Assembly: GCF_001194135.2 (NCBI RefSeq)
Contig: NC_069003.1
Coordinates: forward strand, 16,011,229-16,057,446
Direction of reading: 5' to 3'
Length of the DNA: 46,218 bases
DNA from: Octopus bimaculoides
Lineage: Eukaryota
Made by a program: the position numbers and the translations under genes. Below, in pieces: positions 38,170 through 46,218 of this stretch. The notes below the pieces were generated by a model that saw nothing but the letters and a program-made list of their open reading frames with translations, was not told the DNA's origin and made no database searches. Position 1 is the stretch's first letter. The number at the start of each line of letters is the position of its first letter.

Positions 38170-39419
38170 NNNNNNNNNNNNNNNNNNNNNNNNNNNNNNN
38201 NNNNNNNNNNNNNNNNNNNNNNNNNNNNNNNNNNNNNNNNNNNNNNNNNNNNNNNNNNNNNNNNNNNNNNNNNNNNNNNNNNNNNNNNNNNNNNNNNNNN
38301 NNNNNNNNNNNNNNNNNNNNNNNNNNNNNNNNNNNNNNNNNNNNNNNNNNNNNNNNNNNNNNNNNATTATATGATTGAACGCCAACCTTTTCAAAGTTTT
38401 ATCTTAACAACTCCGATGCGACGCACGCTTCCTTCTTTCTTTCTTTTTTCTCCCTTCGCCCACTATTTAATCCTTTTACTCTTTCGTTTTCTCCTTTCCC
38501 TTCTCTTATTCTTTTACCTCCTCTTCCGCTATTCTTTTGCCTCCCCTTCTCCCTCTCTATTTTTTCTGTCTTATCTCTCCCCTTCGTAGTTCTTTGTCTC
38601 TCACTCTCTCACTCTTCCTCATTCTTACTCCTTTGCTCACGTCCCCCCCCCCACGTGACCACCGGCTATTCTCCTAACTTGTGTTCCTTTCCTTCTTCCT
38701 GTTTACGCTCGACAGGGAAGACGTATTGTTCTTTGTTTCTTGTCCAGGCTTGTTTCTTCGCGTTCGCCACCACAACCTCGTGTAGGCTTAGCAGCCATTC
38801 CTGTTTCTTTTCACTCACCTGTTTTGTCACCATATTGACCCTCCGCAAGTTCGAAAAGTTTATTTAATTTACTTTGCGGGAGCAACTGCTTTATCGAAGG
38901 CATATCTTGTCGTGAATTGCTCGAAGTACGGATTAGGAAAACAGCCGACAAATGATGAAGGGTCGTTCCTTGTGTTGCTTGTCTTGTTTTCCATTTGTTT
39001 GTTTCGTTGCTAGCAAAAAAAAAGACCTTATTCCATGTCCTCGTACTTCGTATTAATTGTTGTTTATGTAAGTATGCACGTATACGTATGTATATATGCA
39101 TATATATATATATATATATTATCTATATCATATATACAAAATCATTACAGATATAGGGTAAAGGATTATTAATTTATTAATGAATTAATAATTAATCATT
39201 TTTACCAAGTAGTTCGGTATGTAAAAAACCATTATCGGTAAAGAACTTATTTAAAAAGCTCTTTTAAAATTATAAACATAATTAAGGGATCAGCAAGTAT
39301 TGATCAGCAAGTATTACTATCTGTTGGAGACTTATTTTAGTAGTAGAATTAGTACTTTAACTGCTATTTCTAAATTTCGGTATGTGGTGAAGCAGCTGTT
39401 GCTATCCCTTAATTATATT

Positions 39420-39464
<45 letters not shown>

Positions 39465-39494
39465 GTGTCTATACATACATATATATGTGCGTAA

Positions 39495-39610
39495 GTGTAC
39501 CATATGCCTCATGATTCCGGATTCAGTCTCACTGCGTGGCACGTTGGACAAGTGCCTCTACTATAGCCTCAAAGCCTTGTAAGTGGATTTGTGTAAAACC
39601 ATATGTGTGT
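39495..39610 (+). mobile_element. CORE-type tRNA SINE (family B)
   Basis: ttccggattcagtctcactgcgtggcacgttggacaagtgcctctactatagcctc. Confidence 0.75.
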
Positions 39611-39657
39611 GTGCTTGTGCATAGGCAAATACTTACAAAAATACATACATGCGTATG

Positions 39658-39706
<49 letters not shown>

Positions 39707-39963
39707 GCTTACATACATACACGCAAACACGTATGCATGCACGCATACATACGTGTATGCAATTAGATGTAGGCATTTATACACATACACGCATGTGTGT
39801 GTTTGCGTGTATGTATGTATGTATGTATGTATGTACGTATGTATGTATGTACGTATTTATGTATGCATGTATGTATGTATGTATGTATGTATGTGCGTAT
39901 GTGCGTATGTATGTATGCTGTTATGCTATATATTACATGTGTTATTTTTCTCATTGTTTTCAG

Positions 39964-40063
39964 CGACAGTTTAGCGTTTGCCTGCGAACCAGTACAAGGG
40001 AGCCTTGCCAACCTGCTGGGAAACTATAAAGGACTTCCAGCTAACATGCCTGGTGAACTAAAG
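39964..40063 (+). CDS. SCYL2: Coding exon of SCY1-like protein 2 (SCYL2/CVAK104) pseudokinase domain, 100 nt, phase 2 to phase 0
   Basis: Strong acceptor ttatttttctcattgttttcag| and donor AAG|gtaaac. Translates (x)DSLAFACEPVQGSLANLLGNYKGLPANMPGELK, matching the human SCYL2 segment DCLAFCTEPVFASLANVLGNWENLPSPISPDIK as I recall it. Confidence 0.92.
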
Positions 40064-40254
40064 GTAAACCACCCTCGCACTAAATCTTTCTCAAGCTTTT
40101 TTTGTTCTTGTTTACTGAGATGATCAAGATGACCAACCGAGGGGTCACCAGTTTGCATTTTGTGAATGCTCAAAACTTTACGGTTGAGTAAGTTTGTGTA
40201 TGTTATTTATCTACATTTTGACAATTGCAGCCATCTCATGGCTGTCATGGTCAT

Positions 40255-40580
40255 ACTCTTAAAAAAAATTAAGAAAAAACTCATCGCCACATTTAGTCAA
40301 TTAGACCTCAAAATCGTTATTACTACTAATGCTTCAAAAGTCAATTTTTTAGATGTTTACCTAGATCTACATTCCCACTCTTATCAACCGTACCATATGC
40401 CAAACGAGAAATTCTCTTATATACACAAACAGTCCTTTTGTCCACGCCTATAGTGTTTAAAAACTTGACCACTCTTCTTCAAAAGATTTTTTTAATAAGG
40501 CAGCCTCCTACTATAACAATGCCGTAACTAAGAGTGGCTTCAAAGATAAGATATATTTCGATTCTTCTAGTAAAAGTATG
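40255..40580 (+). mobile_element. Penelope-like reverse transcriptase fragment (intronic)
   Basis: KKKLIATFSQLDLKIVITTNASKVNFLDVYLDLHSHSYQPYHMPNEKFSYIHKQS matches the PLE RT motif VNFLDVxLDL...PYxKPN. Confidence 0.82.
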
Positions 40581-40650
40581 AATTATGATAATAGACCTAA
40601 AAACAGACCTAGGAAAACAATTTGGTTGCCCCATCTCTTTTCTCCTTAAA

Positions 40651-40750
40651 TGTCCTCATCTAGTTTGTTGTTAACACAACGTTTCGGTTGATATACCCTC
40701 CAGCCTTCATCGAAACTGGGTTCTCATTGCTAAGATATTTTTTCGATGTT
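40651..40750 (-). mobile_element. Degraded copy of the hammerhead-bearing element at 18901-19207
   Basis: tgtcctcatct.gtttgttgttaacacaacgtttcgg.tgatatacc is shared with the 18.9 kb copy. The ribozyme 5' core is deleted. Confidence 0.85.
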
Positions 40751-40828
40751 GCTGTTGTTATCATTATTATAATGCGCATAATTCCACATCTCTTAAATAT
40801 AGAACTGTAGAAACTAGCCTGTTGTTTA

Positions 40829-40876
<48 letters not shown>

Positions 40877-41282
40877 TGTGAGAAAGTTGGTGTGTGAAAG
40901 CACGTGGTTGGATGTATAAAAGATAATAAGAGTGAAAAAACTACAGAAGGCTTGTATTACATGGTTAAAGTATATATTTAAATTATGTCAGAAAAATGTT
41001 AGAAAAATGTTGTAAAATCTTTTTGGTATATAAACATTGTATTTTGAGAAATAACCGATTTTGTGTTGTCTTTTCAAATTTCTCTACTTCATTGTAACGT
41101 GTTCGTTCCAGTCTGAAAAAGAAGAGTTCTAGATAGGGGGAGGTAATTAGGGATTTCTTCCGGTATAGGGGAGATAATCGAAATCTAGGAGGTGGTAGAA
41201 TTTGATTAATTTACCATGGTTTTGTTCTATATTTTTTTCCCTTTTTTTTCAGTGGGGTGTTGAATTTCCTTATTTAAATGTG

Positions 41283-41562
41283 TTAGCAATTGTTAAGTAT
41301 GGGTTTGTATTTTTGAATGAAAAAGGTTTCCTTATTTAATCTAATCTGTGTTGGTGTTTTAATGGCACATTGATAAAAAGGAAAGATTATAAATTGTGGT
41401 AGCATTTGTTTTGCGCATTTCTCAATATGATCACTAAAAGGTATCATTCGGTATTCTGGGTATGCAATCTGCTGGCGGTGCAGCGTGCATCTACGTCTGA
41501 ACGATAATCCTGTGGACCCTATGTAGTTCTCGTGGCAGCCCGAGCATCTTATTACATAAATA

Positions 41563-41564
<2 letters not shown>
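41283..41564 (-). mobile_element. Uninterrupted GIY-YIG endonuclease domain (93 aa) of a 5'-truncated Penelope-like element; its 3' region extends to about 40880
   Basis: LIYVIRCSGCHENYIGSTGLSFRRRCTLHRQQIAYPEYRMIPFSDHIEKCAKQMLPQFIIFPFYQCAIKTPTQIRLNKETFFIQKYKPILNNC*. Confidence 0.9.
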
Positions 41565-41604
<40 letters not shown>

Positions 41605-41659
41605 GTATGTGTGTGTGTGCGTATGTGTATGTGTGTGTGTGTGTGTATGTTTGTGTGGG

Positions 41660-42158
41660 ATTATTCCGTTTTATTTCAAGATTTCTTGCCAATAAAGAGC
41701 CGGTTTCGAACCTAGATCCAAGGCTCCTTCATTGAAATTTCAAAAACAACACCAGGATGTTTTTGCCTGTATGTATGTATATGTGCAGTATTTGGAGTCA
41801 GAGAATGTTCAGATTTGTATGTTTTGTTTTATGTATGTATTCTCATGCATATAGTTGCATGTCTAGACATGCACAGATATATACTTAAATGATAAACTCC
41901 TAGAAAGTTTTACAGATTTTTACAGTTCCAGTGATTGTTTGGATCATTAGTCTTCCAACCAGCTTTCTCCGTTCTACGTATCCTAGTGCCCCATTAATTA
42001 TAGGTATAACCCTGAACTGGTAATCTGGGTAGTGTAACTGTAAATTTCTCAATACTTCTGCGTAAGTATTCTCTTTTTCGCTAATCTTTAGTGTTATTTT
42101 AACATCCTCTGGGCAGCTGATTTCCACAACTGTACACAGTTTCTCTTCTTTATCCCAA
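41660..42158 (-). mobile_element. RLE-type LINE 3' fragment (same family as 5978-6330)
   Basis: WDKEEKLCTVVEISCPEDV...KENTYAEVLRNL...PIINGALGY, plus the shared 3'UTR. Confidence 0.85.
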
Positions 42159-42954
42159 NNNNNNNNNNNNNNNNNNNNNNNNNNNNNNNNNNNNNNNNNN
42201 NNNNNNNNNNNNNNNNNNNNNNNNNNNNNNNNNNNNNNNNNNNNNNNNNNNNNNNNNNTATATTGAAAAAGAACTACACGCACAACGACAGAAATTGCTT
42301 CAAAAAACACTTTTTTCTCTCCACCTTTTTTTCTTCATTTTGTTTTCATAAAAAACTCAATATGACTTGCAATAATGTACATTTGTTATGATCTTCACTG
42401 AACATTTGTACTTATATTACTCTCTCACCCTGTGAAACTCAATGAAGTTTCTGTGAACATTTGACCGTTTAAACATGCTTCTCCAATTTTTACCTCGGTA
42501 CTTTAAACTTTCCTAAACCCTATATTTATATATTCGTACCATTGATAAGCAAAATATTGTTTGATATTTGAATTAACTTATTACAAAATTTAAAAGCGAC
42601 TACACGTTTTTAGATCCACGTCCAATTTTCAAACCCAAAACAAATTCTCTTATATATATATATATATAGAAATATATATATTCATTGCTAAACTTATCTA
42701 CTTGCATGCATACGTACTGAGACTCGTACGTACATTCATAAATACACGACTACCGATATAGCACACACATATATACAAATATACACACATCCATATATAC
42801 AAACATATATATATGCATTCATATACTGTACGCTTGCGTACGAATATACATCTAGCCAGCCATACTTCATACTCACACATACGACACAAACATATATTGC
42901 ATATCAGCATATACATAATCATGAATACACATTCCGACACAATTTAATACAGAC

Positions 42955-43014
<60 letters not shown>

Positions 43015-43169
43015 ACATACACATAAACATACATAAGCATACATACGCACTTACATATATACATACAATACAAACACCCATACACACAAAGATATACATA
43101 TTCTTCAACTAGAAAATGACCCATTTCGAGATCAATCAGTTTAAATCATTGATTATTGATTATAGCTCA

Positions 43170-43404
43170 CCTTGTTTTGAGGATCTAAGGTGACAATTAC
43201 ATGTTCTTCACTTCAAAGACGGCAACTCTCTTCCTAAACATGGTCAAAGAGCGCCCTTAGGCCAGTAGACTTATATTCAAAGTGTGCTAATACGCTAAGT
43301 AATATACACACCATGCTAAATGCACAAATACTTGCACAGTAATTGTTAATTTGCAATTTATGCCGTAAATTAACTGTTTCTTGTTTTAGAAACCAATTGT
43401 GAAT
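43170..43404 (-). repeat. Unclassified interspersed repeat, copy 2
   Basis: Same boundaries as 26658-26864; both abut (GAA/TTC)n. Confidence 0.9.
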
Positions 43405-43438
43405 CTTCTTCTTCTTCTTCATTATCATCATCATCCTC

Positions 43439-43492
<54 letters not shown>

Positions 43493-43522
43493 TGTTGTTG
43501 TTGTTGTTGCATCATCGTTAGT

Positions 43523-43712
43523 AAGACGGCCAGCTGGCAGAATCGTTAGCACACCGGGAAAAATTTTTAGTGGCATTTCGTCCGCTTCTACGTTCTGAGT
43601 TCAAATTCCGCCGTGGTCGATTTGCCTTTCATCGTTTTGAGATTGATAAATTCTAGTAACAGTTGAGCACTGGATTCAATGTAATTGACCAGCCTCCACC
43701 GACAAAATTTCA
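43523..43712 (+). mobile_element. tRNA SINE family A (intronic)
   Basis: cggccagctggcagaatcgttagcacaccggg...ctgagttcaaattccgccg. Confidence 0.85.
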
Positions 43713-44089
43713 AGTTTTCTATTTATTTTTGTAATTTTCTTATTTTTTGTTATAACCTTATTGTTGTTGCCTGCCTTCGATCGCTTTTTGATCCCACCTT
43801 TTTGATATTGTCCTCAGTGTCTTGGGATTTTGTAGCTAATAACAGAATTCAATAATATTATCATTGTTGACATTTTTTTAATGTATGTCTATAGGTTTTC
43901 TATAGAATTTAGAAAATTACGACACAGTATTGACTTATAATCGTCTGACATCTTTGGTGGTATATATTATGGTTGCAAAATGAAATACGATCTCCCTACC
44001 AGCGATTTATACTATTGTTGGCGGTAAGTTGGCAGAATTAGGAAAGTGTCGGACGGAATGGGATTGGTGAATGTTCCGCTTTAGAAATT

Positions 44090-44787
44090 TATAGAGGATT
44101 CTTGGCTCGGCAGTGCTACCGGGTGGCGCTATCGGTTCGAGACAAGCTCTATAGGTACAGATGCGCTGTCAGACGGAACTGTACGAGGTGCACGCAGTGT
44201 GAGGAAACCAGTCTGGAGGCCCTCGTTCAATGTCCGGGCAGCGCTGACTTGTGGGGTTATGTTGAACAGTTACTGTCACGTGTGAGACAGATCCGTCTGT
44301 CGGCAGAGTCTGTCGTGATGATTGCACCACCGCCTTCCTTCAAACGGTCGGGCAAGGTAGTTTTTCTTTGCCTGATGGCTGTGGTGAAAGAGGTGGTTTG
44401 GTGGACAAGGCTGACAGGTATGAGGACAGATACATTCCTCTTTGGTAGAGCTCGCATTGACTTTTTCGAGTTTCACTTGAAAAAGAAATTGAGAGTGGAG
44501 TGGGAAGTGTTGGCCTCGAGTGAATTTATCGAAAGGTGGGTGAAAGTTGCGAAAATGGCAAGAATGGATGGTACCTCTCTAAGTGTAGACCTATGAGTTG
44601 GAGAGAAGGAATCAGAGAGGGTACTTGCTCATAGGGTGTCGGGGACATCTCAGACTGCGGGGTTCCGTGATTATCTGGGGTTCCGCGATTATCCCTTTTT
44701 TTTTATCATTTTCATTATTATATGTAAAACACCACACTTTATGTCTGTCTCTGTATTGTCCCCCTCATCTATCGCCCTTGTGGCAAA

Positions 44788-44841
<54 letters not shown>

Positions 44842-44850
44842 CATTATTAA
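44090..44850 (+). mobile_element. 5'-truncated L1/Tx1-clade LINE: ORF2 C-terminus (Cys knuckle), 3'UTR and (ATT)n tail
   Basis: RDKLYRY...CTRCTQCEETSLEALVQC...AVVKEVVWWTR...FIERWVKVAKMA...L* at 44596, followed by an ATT tail. Confidence 0.88.
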
Positions 44851-44878
44851 TTTGTTCTTTTTCTTTTTTTCTTTTCAG

Positions 44879-44923
44879 GAATGTGATTTTATAGAAATTG
44901 AAATTAAATATGGAATTCTCCAG
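44879..44923 (+). CDS. SCYL2: Next coding exon of SCYL2, 45 nt, phase 0/0
   Basis: Acceptor ttctttttctttttttcttttcag| and donor CAG|gtaagt. Translates ECDFIEIEIKYGILQ, continuing the previous exon in frame and matching SCYL2 DYKLYDVETKYGLLQ with no gaps. The implied intron is 40064-44878. Confidence 0.92.
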
Positions 44924-45146
44924 GTAAGTTCTTCAACGGATCAAGCGTTTCCCTGTCCGAAGCATTTTCATAAGTTTATTCTAAACTCCCATACTTCTTT
45001 CCAGACTTTTAGTTATTGGTGGTTAATTTGGTTTAGTGGGTGAGTAAAATGTGTTGATATTATATTAGCTTGTGTGTAATATCTGTTGTTACCATATTAG
45101 TTGGTGGTTAATCTGTATTGGTACGATGTTAGTAATTTGTTTATAC

Positions 45147-45268
45147 ACTATTTCATACGCAATAAAACGTGTATATTGTATATGATCCACAACAAGTCAT
45201 AAATAATTTTTAACACAACTGATGCGCATCACATATGATACATATGGTTTTATTGCGTGTGATATAGT
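45147..45268. repeat. Degraded ~120-bp foldback downstream of the 45-nt exon
   Basis: actatttcatacgcaataaaac versus gttttattgcgtgtgatatagt, with transition-rich inner arms. Confidence 0.7.
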
Positions 45269-45719
45269 CTACTATCACATATTACAAACCTATTCATGAA
45301 ACACTTCTTCGGATGCTGGAAAACTGGAAGGTGAGAAGCTTTCTTAAGACTCTACTGCTCCGATATCAGAAAATCTACGAAACTTCCATGGAGTATATAT
45401 TATAATAATAATAGTAAAGAAACATCGAAAACTGCAGTTAGCAAAAGCATTTTATTGCATATGAATTTGATTAAGAGTAACTGCATATTTCAGAATGCTA
45501 TGACGGTACTTATCGGAGAGATGGCAAATTTAAATAACATATTTATTTTTGCGGAGTTCTGATGAGTTAATTCCGCTATCCACTAAGAAAGAAAACTTGC
45601 ACAGTGCATGGGAATAAATCGATAACTGTCGTCTTAGTAACAACGTAATGCAAAATTTGTTATAATCGAAATTGAGGAAAGTATAGTCAACAATGTAATA
45701 AAAAGAATTAGCTAACTCC

Positions 45720-45755
<36 letters not shown>

Positions 45756-46218
45756 TATAATTGAAGCTTTGTCCTCGTAAAGCATATCTGCATGTTCCAG
45801 TACTCCGAAGTATATTTCTAGCTGTTATATTTTATATGAGACTCGAAAATACTGGAGGATACAAATTGCAAGCTAATTGCATACTAAAACAGAAAAGTGG
45901 AGAAAGATTTTGAGGTATTATTCGTTCTGCATTACATATGTTTCATTACCAATACGATCTATATTGATTGATATATAGAAAAACATGTCAAAACATCTAT
46001 TAGTAATTCTTCAGACCGATAATTAAAATAACGCTAATAATATTATTTTAATTCTCAGTTTGAGAAATTAATCATTGGAGATGTACATGCTTCTCTACAT
46101 GTATGCCAATATAAATCCTATTGGAAATGAAACATATGTACTGCGCAACAAATAATCTCAAAATATTTTTCCTGTGTTCTGTTTTAACATATATATATAT
46201 ATGTGTGTGTGTATGTAT

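Noticed and set aside
37998-39100. ~25-bp direct repeat acttcgtattaattgttgtttatgt at about 38008 and 39045
   Set aside because: It is flanked by TA/TG microsatellite and is likely a small dispersed repeat. There is no array structure and it is not CRISPR-like.

Overview
AT-rich, gap-ridden eukaryotic genomic DNA, very dense in microsatellites and old transposon debris. The SINE and LINE families look like those of an octopod cephalopod; this is my recognition and not a database result. Nearly all ORFs in the supplied track are microsatellite or N-gap artefacts, or transposon remnants. One real host gene is supported: two + strand coding exons (39964-40063 and 44879-44923, canonical AG/GT) splice in frame to a 48-aa peptide that aligns without gaps to the SCYL2/CVAK104 pseudokinase N-lobe. 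I could not find its upstream exons. The rest is: RLE-type (Dong/R4-like), Tx1/L1 and RTE LINE fragments; Penelope-like RT and GIY-YIG fragments; Tc1 (DD36E-like) and maT (DD37D-like) transposon relics; two tRNA-SINE families; several 120-185 bp foldback (MITE-like) elements; and several hammerhead-ribozyme motifs. The most unusual structure is a ~300 bp composite on the minus strand (tRNA-like Pol III head, (AAT)n linker, minimal hammerhead, A-rich tail) at 18901-19207. No CRISPR, rRNA or bona fide tRNA genes are supported.
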